Shown here piece by piece: positions 56,117-64,000 of a stretch of 64,000 nucleotides of DNA. The notes under the pieces are model-generated. The model saw only the letters and a program-made list of their open reading frames with translations. It searched no databases and was not told where the DNA came from. The stretch comes from Thermomicrobiales bacterium. GTDB taxonomy: Bacteria > Chloroflexota > Chloroflexia > Thermomicrobiales > UBA6265. The stretch's first letter is position 1; each line of letters opens with the position of its first letter. Made by a program: the position numbers and the translations under genes. Where the stretch lies: NCBI GenBank assembly GCA_038246475.1, contig JBBRVX010000001.1, forward strand, positions 16,501-80,500. The letters are read 5' to 3'.

Positions 56117-57847
56117 ATGATCGATACCGCGATTCAACAAGCCTACCGAGGCGGCTATCTTCGCCCCGCCAATTGGGCGCCCAACATCATTGCCGGCATC
56201 GTGGTGGGGCTGGTGGCGCTGCCCCTGGCCATGGCCTTCGCCATTGCCTCCGGGGCCAAACCCGAGCAAGGGATTTACACGGGGATCGTCGCCGGGCTTG
56301 TCGCGTCGACGCTTGGCGGCAGCCGTCTGCAGATTTCCGGCCCTACCGGGGCCTTCATCGTGGTTCTGGCCGGGATCACGGCCAGCCACGGCATCGAGGG
56401 GCTGCAGATCGCCACCCTCATGGCCGGCGTGATCCTCGTCATCATGGGCATTACGAAGCTGGGTCGCCTGGTTCGCTTCATTCCCGATCCCGTGATCGTC
56501 GGCTTCACGGCTGGCATTGGCATTATTATCTGGGTTGGGCAATGGCAGTATTTTCTGGGGTTGCCCAAGCCGGAGGGCGAGCATTTTCACGAAAAGCTGA
56601 TCGGTCAGCTGCAGGCGTTTCCGCGCCTCGACGTGCCGACGACGCTGCTCGCGTTGCTTTGCCTCGCCATCCTCGTCGTCTGGCCGCGCGTGCCGCGATT
56701 GCGCCGCATTCCCAGTCCGTTGGTGGCGCTGGTGGTGTCGACACTGCTCGTCTGGTTTCTGAAGTTTCCGTCGGTCGCCACCATCGGCAGCACGTTTGGC
56801 GGGATCCCGAACGGACTGCCTGGCTTCGCGATGCCAGCCGTCACCTTCAACCGCGTGATCGAGCTGGCCGGTCCAGCCTTCACGATCGCCCTGCTGGGAT
56901 CGATCGAATCGCTCCTCTCGGCCGTCGTTGCCGACGGCATGGCGGGCGGCCCGCGCCACGATTCGAATCAGGAGCTGGTGGGCCAGGGGCTGGCGAACAT
57001 CGCCGCTCCCCTCTTTGGTGGGTTTGCGGCCACGGGGGCGATCGCGCGCACGGCCACGAACATCAAGAATGGCGGCAACAGCCCCATTTCGGGGATCGTG
57101 CACGCCCTCACCCTCCTGCTGGTGATCCTCTTCCTCGCGCCGCTGGCCGCGAACGTGCCGTTGGCGGCGTTGGCGGCCATTCTCTTCGTCGTGGCCTGGA
57201 ACATGAGCGATGCCCGGCACATGGTTTCCATGATCCGTCGCGCGCCACGAGCCGATGTCGCCGTCCTTCTGGTGACGTTCCTGCTCACTGTCTTCACCGA
57301 TCTGGTCATCGCTGTCAACGTCGGCGTGATTCTGGCCACGCTCCACTTCCTGCGCCGGATGTCGACGGCGGTCGAGGTGCAGCAACTCTCCGAAGCGGAC
57401 ATCGAGCGCGATCTTCCCGGTGATCGCGCTGTTTCCGTGCCGCCTGGAGTCCTCGTCTTTGCGATCGATGGGCCGTTCTTCTTTGCCGCCTCCGAGACGT
57501 TCGAGCGGATGCTGGAACGGATGGACGCCGATCCGCGGGCGCTGGTGATTCGCCTCGCCGACGTTCCGTTCACCGACATCACCGGCTTGCAAACGCTGGA
57601 AGAGGCTATCAGCCACCTCCAATCCCGCGGGGTGCGCGTTTTCCTCTGCGAAGCAAACCAGCGGGTGAAAGGGAAACTCCGCCGCGCGGGGCTGCTCGAT
57701 CTTGTCGGGACTGATGGGTACGCGGGGAGCTTCGCCGTGGCGCTGCGGCGGGCCGCGGCCGTGGCCGGGGCGACCGGATCGATGGCGCCAGACTCGCTGC
57801 TCGTCGAGCTGGTGGCTGAGCGCGATCTCTCGCCGGCGGAGCGTTAG
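56117..57847 (+). CDS. SulP-family anion transporter with a C-terminal STAS domain
   Basis: IIAGIVVGLVALPLAMAFAIASG, ELVGQGLANIAAPLFGGFAATGAIARTA, and a STAS region with FAIDGPFFFA. Confidence 0.9.
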   Translation: MIDTAIQQAYRGGYLRPANWAPNIIAGIVVGLVALPLAMAFAIASGAKPEQGIYTGIVAGLVASTLGGSRLQISGPTGAFIVVLAGITASHGIEGLQIATLMAGVILVIMGITKLGRLVRFIPDPVIVGFTAGIGIIIWVGQWQYFLGLPKPEGEHFHEKLIGQLQAFPRLDVPTTLLALLCLAILVVWPRVPRLRRIPSPLVALVVSTLLVWFLKFPSVATIGSTFGGIPNGLPGFAMPAVTFNRVIELAGPAFTIALLGSIESLLSAVVADGMAGGPRHDSNQELVGQGLANIAAPLFGGFAATGAIARTATNIKNGGNSPISGIVHALTLLLVILFLAPLAANVPLAALAAILFVVAWNMSDARHMVSMIRRAPRADVAVLLVTFLLTVFTDLVIAVNVGVILATLHFLRRMSTAVEVQQLSEADIERDLPGDRAVSVPPGVLVFAIDGPFFFAASETFERMLERMDADPRALVIRLADVPFTDITGLQTLEEAISHLQSRGVRVFLCEANQRVKGKLRRAGLLDLVGTDGYAGSFAVALRRAAAVAGATGSMAPDSLLVELVAERDLSPAER

Positions 57848-59175
57848 CCCGCTTCGGGCCGGCCAATCGACGACGAGAGGGGACGCAGGATAACCAGCGC
57901 GATCAGGACGAAGCCGAGCAGCACAAGCAGGGCAACCGGCCGGCCCAGGCCCAGGCCATCGACCACCAGCGCCCAGATCAACGGGCCCATCAGGGCGGCG
58001 AAGCGGCCAGCGAGCGCGTACAGCCCGTAGAACTGGCCGAGATACTCGGGCGGAGCCAGACCGAGCATCAACGGCCGGTCAGATGCCCAGGTGCCCCCCA
58101 AGGCAAAGCCCGCTAGCGGGGCGATGCCCCACAGCCAGGCCTGTGGGATGAGCTCGAATCCGGTGGCGGCGATCAGCGCCAGCGCCACTGACCAGACGAC
58201 GAGGACTCGCATCAGACTGTCGCGCGCGCCAATGCGATCGACGACGCGGCCCCAGAAGAATCCGCCGCCGACCGCCGCCAGAATCGCCGCGAAGAGAATT
58301 TGATCTTTCTGGCCGGAGGAAAATCCGAGCTGAACCGTGAGATAGACGGCCATGAAGATGCCGATCGTGTTGGCGGCTTCGGCGTAGAAGGCGCGGCCGA
58401 CGAGAAAGCGGACCAGGTCCGGGTACGACCTCGCGCGGCGCACGGTAGCGAAAACGTCCCGAAACGCCTGACCGGCGATGGAGAGCGGCGCCTCTCGGGC
58501 TACGACCCGCGGCGCTTCCTTTACCCAGAGAAAGCAGGGCAGCGCCAGCAGCAAGACACCGATTGCCGTGAGGCGAAAGATCGTCTGGTATTCCCCGCCT
58601 CCGCCGAGAACAACGAAGCCAATGCCAATCCCGACCAGGGATCCGAGATAGCCTAAACCGACAGCCGCCCCGCCGATGCGCCCCCGATTTTCGCGCGTGC
58701 TCACGGAGGCCAGAAGGGTGTCGTAGATCACGAGCCCGGCCTGGAAGAGGAGATTGGCGAGGAGAAAGAACGCCAGCGACGACCAGAGACCGTTGCCGAC
58801 CAGGAGGGTAAGCAGGCAACTCGTCGTCGTCGTCACCATAAGGATGGGCAAACGACGCGGCAGGTGGTCAGAAACCGCGCCGAGCCAGGGGCCCAGGCCG
58901 AGCATGAGTGCCATCACGATGGTGTTGACGAGGGAGATGTGGCCGTCGCTACCGCCCATGACGGCGATGATCCAAACGGGAAAGTAGTTCGAGATCATAT
59001 TCTGGGAGAAGAGCGTGTTACCAAGGTCGTTGATGATCCAGCCGGCAACGCCCCGGTGGTCAGGAGGCGGCTGGTCGGGGTCAGGGAACGAGCCGGGAGA
59101 GACGCTTTCCACCGTGGCCTGGAGAACGCGCGGATCTGACGCTGGGGCAAGATCGGAACGATTCTCGAAATCCAT
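57844..59175 (-). CDS. MFS transporter (UMF1/Atg22-like)
   Basis: 12 hydrophobic segments and an N-terminal NDLGNTLFSQNMISNYFPVWI. Start at MDFENRS. The stop overlaps the sulP stop (TTAG). Confidence 0.75.
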   Translation of the reverse strand: MDFENRSDLAPASDPRVLQATVESVSPGSFPDPDQPPPDHRGVAGWIINDLGNTLFSQNMISNYFPVWIIAVMGGSDGHISLVNTIVMALMLGLGPWLGAVSDHLPRRLPILMVTTTTSCLLTLLVGNGLWSSLAFFLLANLLFQAGLVIYDTLLASVSTRENRGRIGGAAVGLGYLGSLVGIGIGFVVLGGGGEYQTIFRLTAIGVLLLALPCFLWVKEAPRVVAREAPLSIAGQAFRDVFATVRRARSYPDLVRFLVGRAFYAEAANTIGIFMAVYLTVQLGFSSGQKDQILFAAILAAVGGGFFWGRVVDRIGARDSLMRVLVVWSVALALIAATGFELIPQAWLWGIAPLAGFALGGTWASDRPLMLGLAPPEYLGQFYGLYALAGRFAALMGPLIWALVVDGLGLGRPVALLVLLGFVLIALVILRPLSSSIGRPEAG

Positions 59176-59187
59176 GCGCCACACCCC

Positions 59188-59216
59188 TTGACAGCACGCT
59201 GATGTCCGTATAGAGT
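59188..59216 (+). promoter_or_regulatory. Sigma-70-like promoter for the candidate ncRNA
   Basis: TTGACA (59188-59193), a 17-nt spacer, then TAGAGT (59211-59216). The predicted transcription start near 59223 coincides with the first base of the terminal helix. Confidence 0.45.
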
Positions 59217-59222
59217 GTACGT

Positions 59223-59420
59223 ACAGTCCCGAGGGGCCGAGCGAACGAATCGCTCCCACCGGACGCCAGACTGGAACGACAGAGCATCGCGGGGTACTCG
59301 GCCGTTACCTGGGTGAACCGGGACCGCCAGGAAAGTGAGCATTGTTGCGGGGCATGCTCACGGAATCGGATGGTCAGGGAACGAGTCAGACGCGGAGTCG
59401 GTCGGGACTGTTTTCTTTTC
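59223..59420 (+). ncRNA. Candidate ~190-nt structured RNA of unknown class
   Basis: A perfect 10-bp helix joins the ends (ACAGTCCCGA 59223-59232 with TCGGGACTGT 59402-59411), followed by TTTCTTTTCC. Internal perfect hairpins: GAGCGA/TCGCTC (59239-59255), CCTGG/CCAGG (59308-59331) and GTGAGCAT/ATGCTCAC (59335-59361). No credible ORF. Confidence 0.45.
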
Positions 59421-59490
59421 CTCTGCTGCTCTCTTCTCCAGGCCGGCCCTTTGCCGCTCACGTTCTCCTCGTCCGTCGCCCGCGGAGCCC

Positions 59491-60705
59491 TCACACGATC
59501 CCTCTTGCCCGCAGTCCGGCAATCGCATCTGATGCGAACCCCAGTTCGTGCAAAATTTCGCCGGTATGATCGCCGACATCGGGGATGGCGCCCATGTTCG
59601 CGGCCATCCCTTCCAGATCGAAGGGCGGAATGATGGCCCGCAGCATTCCGGCCGGCGACGCGACTTCTCGCCAGCGGTCGCGCTCGCTCAATTGCGGATG
59701 AACGACAAATTCGGCAACCTCATTGACCGAGCCAAAGGGAATGTCGGCCAGCTCCAGGCGCCGCACAACCTCCGCCCGGGGGAGGGCGCTGAATGCCTGT
59801 TCGATCATCGCTTCCAGCGCCTGGCGATTGACGCGACGCAGCGCCGGGGTGGCGAATCGTGGGTCCATTTCCCATTCCGGATGCTCGCAGACCACGCCAC
59901 AGAACGCGTTCCACTGCACCTCCGTCTGTACCGCCAGTAGCACAGCGCCGTCAGCGCAGCGATAGGAGCCGTAGGGCACGACGGTGGCGTGGCGCACCCC
60001 GGCGCGGGCGGGCGGCTCGCCGCCATAGAGGGTGTAATAGGCGGGATACCCCATCCATTCCGATAGGGCGTCGAAGAGAGAGGTCTCGACCAGCCGCCCC
60101 TGCCCGGACTCGCGCCGTTCGTAGAGCGCGGCCAGCGTGCCGATCACGCCATACATCGCCGCGCCGATGTCGCCGACGCTGATGCCGAGCTTCGCCAGGT
60201 CGTCGCCGTTGCCAGTCGTGGCGATCACCCCGGTCTCGCCCTGCAGCAGCAGGTCGAAGGCTTTGCGCGTCTCGAAGGGTCCGCCGGAGCCATAGCCGGA
60301 GATCGAAGTGATGATCAGAGCGGGATAGTCGCGCCGCAATCGCTCCGGGGCGAACCCGAGACGGTCGATCGCCCCCGGCCCGAGATTCTGCACGACAATA
60401 TCGGAGGCAGCCACCAGCCGCTCCAGAACCTCCCGCGCGTCGTCCTGCTTCATGTCAAGTGTGAGCGAGCGCTTGCCCCGGTTCAGCCAGAAGAAGTACG
60501 ACGAGAGCCCGTGAACGGACGTGTCATAGCGGCGGGCGAAGTCCCCGCCGCCCGGACGCTCGATCTTGATGACGTCGGCCCCCAGATCAGCCAGGTGGCG
60601 AGTGCACAGCGGTCCCGCCACGGCCTGCTCCAGGGCCAGGACGCGCACCCCCGCGAGCGGCCCGCCGGGAGTGAAGCCGCCCGTCTCGGGGTCAAGGATT
60701 TGCAC
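59491..60705 (-). CDS. Family III (CaiB/BaiF) CoA-transferase, second copy
   Basis: LAGVRVLALEQAVAGPLCTRHLADLGADVIKIERPGGGD. Paralogous to 25760..26974. Confidence 0.9.
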   Translation of the reverse strand: MQILDPETGGFTPGGPLAGVRVLALEQAVAGPLCTRHLADLGADVIKIERPGGGDFARRYDTSVHGLSSYFFWLNRGKRSLTLDMKQDDAREVLERLVAASDIVVQNLGPGAIDRLGFAPERLRRDYPALIITSISGYGSGGPFETRKAFDLLLQGETGVIATTGNGDDLAKLGISVGDIGAAMYGVIGTLAALYERRESGQGRLVETSLFDALSEWMGYPAYYTLYGGEPPARAGVRHATVVPYGSYRCADGAVLLAVQTEVQWNAFCGVVCEHPEWEMDPRFATPALRRVNRQALEAMIEQAFSALPRAEVVRRLELADIPFGSVNEVAEFVVHPQLSERDRWREVASPAGMLRAIIPPFDLEGMAANMGAIPDVGDHTGEILHELGFASDAIAGLRARGIV

Positions 60706-60796
60706 GTTTCACCACTCCTCCAGCGGGGCATGCGAAAGATGCGAAGCATCGTAGCGCAGAGATGTCGTTCGGACCGGAAGGGTGGGGATCATGTTG

Positions 60797-60825
60797 AAAA
60801 GGGGACGGCGTTGTCTGCCGTCCCC
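60797..60825 (-). terminator. Intrinsic terminator after the cysteine-rich gene pair
   Basis: GGGGACGGC-GTTGTCT-GCCGTCCCC 9-bp stem. The minus strand continues with TTTTCAAC. A plus-strand TTCTT tail makes it potentially bidirectional. Confidence 0.6.
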
Positions 60826-60870
60826 TTCTTGTGCCCGCGTGCGGGCCCGGCCCAGTCCGAAAGGACGGTC

Positions 60871-61245
60871 CTACGCGGGGGCCTTGCGATTCGAGAGACA
60901 GTCCAGGCCGCCCGTGGTGTCACACACGGCGAAGAAATCGCAGCACGGATTGAATTGGGTGATGCAATCCTCGAGTGGTGAAGGAGCGGCGGCAAGCCGC
61001 TTGACCGTTCGCTCGGCGCAAAAATCCGGGATGACGCCGAGGCATTGGCTCTGTTGCGCCAGGCAGAGATTCGTTCGTTGCCCGTTTCCTTTCCCCTTCT
61101 TCTTCCTGTTCTTGGTTGAGGCGGGCGCAGCGAACGGCAGCATGGCGACCGCGGCGACCGTCGCCGTAAGCACGTGCAGCGAGCGTCTCCGGTTCAGAAC
61201 GGTTGCGGCACGCCGCGTGAGCGGGGCCGGAAATGCCAGTTTCAT
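60871..61245 (-). CDS. Small secreted 8-cysteine protein, paralog 1 (twin-arginine-like signal, poly-basic linker)
   Basis: GAGGAG Shine-Dalgarno 6 nt upstream. N-terminus LTRRAATVLNRRRSLHVLTATVAAVAMLPFAAPA, then KNRKKKGKG, then C-x6-C-x7-C-x17-C-x6-CC-x5-C-x7-C. Confidence 0.7.
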   Translation of the reverse strand: MKLAFPAPLTRRAATVLNRRRSLHVLTATVAAVAMLPFAAPASTKNRKKKGKGNGQRTNLCLAQQSQCLGVIPDFCAERTVKRLAAAPSPLEDCITQFNPCCDFFAVCDTTGGLDCLSNRKAPA

Positions 61246-61302
61246 GCGAACTCCTCTTCATTGCAGTAATGGCACATAAGTAACAACGACAAGACAAGCG
61301 GT

Positions 61303-61674
61303 TTACTGGGCAGCTTGCGGCCGCGGCGGGCGCCGCAGCAGACAACGCAGGCCAACATCCATCTTGCACTCGCTGAACGAATCACAACACGGCGAATAGA
61401 AGGCAAGGCACTCTTCTGTCCCGGCCGAAACCAGGCGTGCTTCGGCCTCCAGGGCCACCCGGCCACATATCCGGGTCTCGACAAACGTGAGACATTGCTC
61501 GCGTTGTGCTTGACAGCGCTTGATCCCCTTGGGACCCTTCCTGGCGGCAAGCGTGGGCTCGTCCCGGGCCATAGCGGCAGCGGCGAGCGCTCCCCCCAGA
61601 ACCTTGAGCGATGTCTTGCGATCGATTGTTTTCCACGCACGACGAGCTAACGCATCGACGGACACGCCGACCAT
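61303..61674 (-). CDS. Small secreted 8-cysteine protein, paralog 2
   Basis: GGGAG lies 5 nt before ATG 61674. N-terminus LARRAWKTIDRKTSLKVLGGALAAAAMA, then KGPKGIKR, then C-x6-C-x8-C-x18-C-x6-CC-x5-C-x7-C. Shares C.AQ..QCL and PCCD.F..C....GL.CL with paralog 1. Confidence 0.7.
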   Translation of the reverse strand: MVGVSVDALARRAWKTIDRKTSLKVLGGALAAAAMARDEPTLAARKGPKGIKRCQAQREQCLTFVETRICGRVALEAEARLVSAGTEECLAFYSPCCDSFSECKMDVGLRCLLRRPPRPQAAQ

Positions 61675-61930
61675 GACCACTCCCCTACTGACGACGACGA
61701 TCTGCCGTTCCGAACCCTTCCCGGGTCTTGCGGTAGCGGCATCCTAAATGAAGAGTAATTGGGACGCAATGGGCGCCAAATCGGGCGGTGAGCGAGGGAT
61801 GAATGGATCGGGTTTTGGCCCATGCGAACGGCAATCTCGCGCGCATTGCGGCAGCCGTCGGGGGACGTATGATGTCGCCAGAGTGGGCGGAAGGGGGAAA
61901 TTGCCGTGGCATCGCCAGAAGGGGAGCTTC

Positions 61931-62689
61931 TTGGGTGATCCGGAGCTGCTTCCAGCTGAGTTGCGCCTGGCAGAGGAAATGATCGAGCGGGCAAGTGAAC
62001 GTCTCGCGAGCGTTGATCTGCCCCATCTGCAGTCGCTGCCGGCGCTGGGTCAGGAGAGCGATTTCCCGACATTGCGCCTGATCATGAGCATCGTCCGGGA
62101 GATCGTCCCGCGGCACGTGATCGAGTTCGGCTGCGGAGCCTCGACAGAGCTGCTGGCCCTGCTCGGGTTCGATCATGGCCGCATGGCCGTCACCACCTTC
62201 GAGCACGATCCGTGGGCCGCGAGAGAGTTGCTGTCAGTGTCAAACCCGTTTGCGATCAACTACCGCTGGTTTGCCTTCTGCCTCTGCCCGCTAGTCGCGC
62301 GTCTGTGCGACGGGAGCATGCTCCCGGTCTACGACGACGGGATGACCACGCCCACCGTGCCATATCCTGCCGATCTTCTGATCGTCAACGGTCCGCCACG
62401 CGAGCTGGGTGGGCGCGGCGGCACGATCTATCAAGCCCTTGGCTTTGCTCGGCCAGGGACGCTCCTCCTCATGTTGGACATTCGGCCAGAGGAGCAGACC
62501 ATGCTCGAATCCTGGACGAGCAGCCTTGCCGCGCACCTGCACTTCGTTCCACCGGGTCTCCTTGGCCGCCATCTGGCCTTCATCGTCAAGGAACGGCTGG
62601 AAGCGCCCTTCAGTCTGGAGCGGCCCCACGCCCAGGCCATGACCTGGCGAGAGCGCGCCGTTGCGCCTCAACCTCACGGGGCGGTGTAG
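61931..62689 (+). CDS. Class I SAM-methyltransferase-fold protein (start uncertain: TTG 61931, ATG 61979 or earlier)
   Basis: VIEFGCGASTELLA glycine-rich motif I. A later DLLIVNGPPRELGGRGG resembles the DGP..GR motif of DUF579/GXMT-like methyltransferases (recalled pattern). GGGGAG lies 4 nt before TTG 61931. Confidence 0.55.
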   Translation: MGDPELLPAELRLAEEMIERASERLASVDLPHLQSLPALGQESDFPTLRLIMSIVREIVPRHVIEFGCGASTELLALLGFDHGRMAVTTFEHDPWAARELLSVSNPFAINYRWFAFCLCPLVARLCDGSMLPVYDDGMTTPTVPYPADLLIVNGPPRELGGRGGTIYQALGFARPGTLLLMLDIRPEEQTMLESWTSSLAAHLHFVPPGLLGRHLAFIVKERLEAPFSLERPHAQAMTWRERAVAPQPHGAV

Positions 62690-62691
62690 CG

Positions 62692-63534
62692 TTGCCCAGG
62701 AAATCCGCAAAGTCGAAGCGATTGAAGGACGTGGACGAGGAACCGCGGCCGGATCACCCCGCCACGCATCCGCCGCCTCACGTGGGCAACATTGCGCTTC
62801 AGATCCTCGACGAGCTCTGGTCTGGAGAAAGCCCCTTCCTGTTCGCCGATCCGCGACAGGTGGATCAGGGTTATCCCAGCACGAACATCCAGGTCGATCT
62901 GGTGGAAGCCATTCTGGACGAGATCCGGCCCCGATTCTGGCTGGAGATCGGCTCCATGCTTGGTGGTTCCGCCATCGTCACGGCGAACGCCATAAAGCGC
63001 TTGCAGCTGGACACCGGCATCTGTTGCATCGATCCCTTCACCGGTGATGTCAACATGTGGGCCTGGGAAAAGGCATTCCGTGAGAACGGCGAATGGCGGT
63101 ATCTGAAACTCGAAGCCGGCCGGCCCATGATCTACGAGCGCTTTCTCGCCAACGTGCATCAGGCCGGCCACCATGACCTGATCGTGCCGATCCTCTGCAC
63201 GACGATGGTCGGCCTGCGTCTGATCCGGGACCTCGTCCAGTACGGCCGCCTCAGCCAGCTTCCCGAGGTCATGTATCTCGATTCCGCGCATGAACCGGAA
63301 GAGACGTTGCTGGAGCTCCGTTCGTCATGGGCAACGCTCGCTCCGGGCGGCGTGCTCTTTGGCGACGATTGGCTCTGGCCCAGCGTGCGCGACGACGTGC
63401 GGGCATTCTCCCGCATGGTGACTCCCGATACGGCGCGCATGGTCGCGTTCCTGCGGCGTTTCGAGGAGTCTCAGCTCGATGGCAACGTCTTTCTGTATCA
63501 GGGCCATTGGGCGCTGTTCAAGGCGCCTGATTAG
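62692..63534 (+). CDS. Class I SAM-dependent methyltransferase (Methyltransf_24/CmcI-like; start uncertain: TTG 62692, GTG 62731 or GTG 62782)
   Basis: WLEIGSMLGGSAIVTA (motif I) and VMYLDSAHEPEETLLELRSSWATLAPGGVLFGDDW (post-I and later motifs). The track ORF from 62212 overlaps the previous gene out of frame. Confidence 0.65.
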   Translation: MPRKSAKSKRLKDVDEEPRPDHPATHPPPHVGNIALQILDELWSGESPFLFADPRQVDQGYPSTNIQVDLVEAILDEIRPRFWLEIGSMLGGSAIVTANAIKRLQLDTGICCIDPFTGDVNMWAWEKAFRENGEWRYLKLEAGRPMIYERFLANVHQAGHHDLIVPILCTTMVGLRLIRDLVQYGRLSQLPEVMYLDSAHEPEETLLELRSSWATLAPGGVLFGDDWLWPSVRDDVRAFSRMVTPDTARMVAFLRRFEESQLDGNVFLYQGHWALFKAPD

Positions 63535-64000
63535 GTGGTGACGCCCATCGCCGGCAACAACTGCTCCAGCGCCTCCAGCAACGCATCCAGATCGCTCTGG
63601 CAGTTGTACCCCTGAAACGAGAAGCGGATAGCGGGCTGCTCGTCCCACCAAGTGATCGGAATTTCGATGCGGAAGTCGTCATAAAGCCGTCGCTTCAGTT
63701 CGAACCCATCAATTCCCGCCGGGAGGGGCGCGGCGGCCATCTGGCGAAACCAGCGATAGCCGCCATCACTCTCGACCGGCGAGATCGGCGGCAGGCCAGT
63801 CATGGCCAAGATGCGCTCTCTGGCTTCTAGCACAAGGGCATGGCAGCGGTCGCGCACGGCGTCCCAGTCCCGCGCCTCCTGAAACGCCACGGCGGACGGC
63901 GTTGCCAGAAAAGCCGCCAAGTCGCGCGTGCCCTGCATCTGGTTCCGGGAGACGAACTGGCTCTCGGGACGGTAGCGCTCGTTGCCTTCCACCCAGCCCC
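63531..64000 (-). CDS. Class V aminotransferase-fold PLP enzyme (isopenicillin-N-epimerase/cysteine-desulfurase-like), C-terminal part only; continues past the window
   Basis: The frame stays open to base 64000 (..GWVEGNERY..). The C-terminal small-domain pattern QGTRD..A..A.....W..V..R...L......L...TGL, IR.S.Q.YN is recalled from this family. Confidence 0.6.
   Translation of the reverse strand, partial: GWVEGNERYRPESQFVSRNQMQGTRDLAAFLATPSAVAFQEARDWDAVRDRCHALVLEARERILAMTGLPPISPVESDGGYRWFRQMAAAPLPAGIDGFELKRRLYDDFRIEIPITWWDEQPAIRFSFQGYNCQSDLDALLEALEQLLPAMGVTT

Noticed and set aside
56024-57622. 532-aa minus-strand ORF opposite the SulP transporter gene
   Set aside because: This is an antisense artefact. 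It is extremely Arg/Asp/Gly/His-rich with no hydrophobic core or motifs, while the plus-strand SulP/STAS reading is clear.
57844-57847. Convergent stop-codon overlaps of the form TTAG (here and at 63531-63534)
   Set aside because: Real in the sequence, but a trivial consequence of TAG/TAA stops on opposite strands in a compact genome. No further structure is associated with them.
59281-59400. Minus-strand strings GCCCCGCAACAATG and AGTCTGGCGTCCGGTG, resembling the cobalamin-riboswitch core and B12 box upstream of the MFS gene
   Set aside because: The obligatory GGGAA/GGTGAAA-TCC elements are missing and the B12-box match is only partial. The poly-T tail after the closing helix favours a plus-strand element instead.

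Overview
This is a high-GC window: hand counts of ordinary coding lines give about 63-65% GC. It reads as densely packed bacterial chromosome with mostly housekeeping and metabolic genes. The gene content (hrcA-grpE-dnaK with CIRCE, an opcA-containing pentose-phosphate cluster, an F420-type LLM oxidoreductase, GGGGTGAGGG-tailed palindromic intergenic repeats) suggests Chloroflexota/Thermomicrobia-like or a related high-GC lineage. That is inference only; no database search was possible.

Recognisable blocks:
- hrcA-grpE-dnaK heat-shock operon with a CIRCE operator.
- mscL, followed upstream by a minus-strand trio: Rad52-like protein, metallophosphoesterase and ParB-like nuclease-domain protein.
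- An orphan modB.
- A run of oxidoreductase and hydrolase genes, and a DEAD-box helicase.
- A roughly 1.7 kb low-GC islet encoding two signal-peptide proteins.
- A CoA-transferase/MaoC cluster that includes a signal-less SBP-fold protein.
- A secreted trypsin-like protease and a 1245-aa phosphodiesterase/5'-nucleotidase fusion.
- A tungsten module: tupABC, modE-like, aldehyde:ferredoxin oxidoreductase, moaD-like.
- M50 and YugP peptidases.
- A split pentose-phosphate supercluster: rpiA-pgl-opcA-zwf-gnd and tal-tkt.
- SulP and MFS transporters.
- At the right end, two tandem paralogous 8-cysteine signal-peptide mini-proteins lying divergent from two methyltransferase-like genes.

I recognised no rRNA, tRNA, CRISPR array, transposase or integrase by eye.

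The most novel-looking items are:
- the cysteine-rich paralog pair (60.9-61.7 kb);
- the low-GC secreted-protein islet (22.0-23.6 kb);
- the Rad52-like/phosphoesterase/ParB-like trio (6.6-9.2 kb);
- two promoter-to-terminator bounded candidate structured RNAs (59.2-59.4 kb plus strand, 42.86-43.01 kb minus strand);
- two dispersed or inverted repeat families and a heptamer tandem array.

All start codons are hand-picked and uncertain by tens of bases. Many long ORFs in the track are antisense artefacts of the high GC content.
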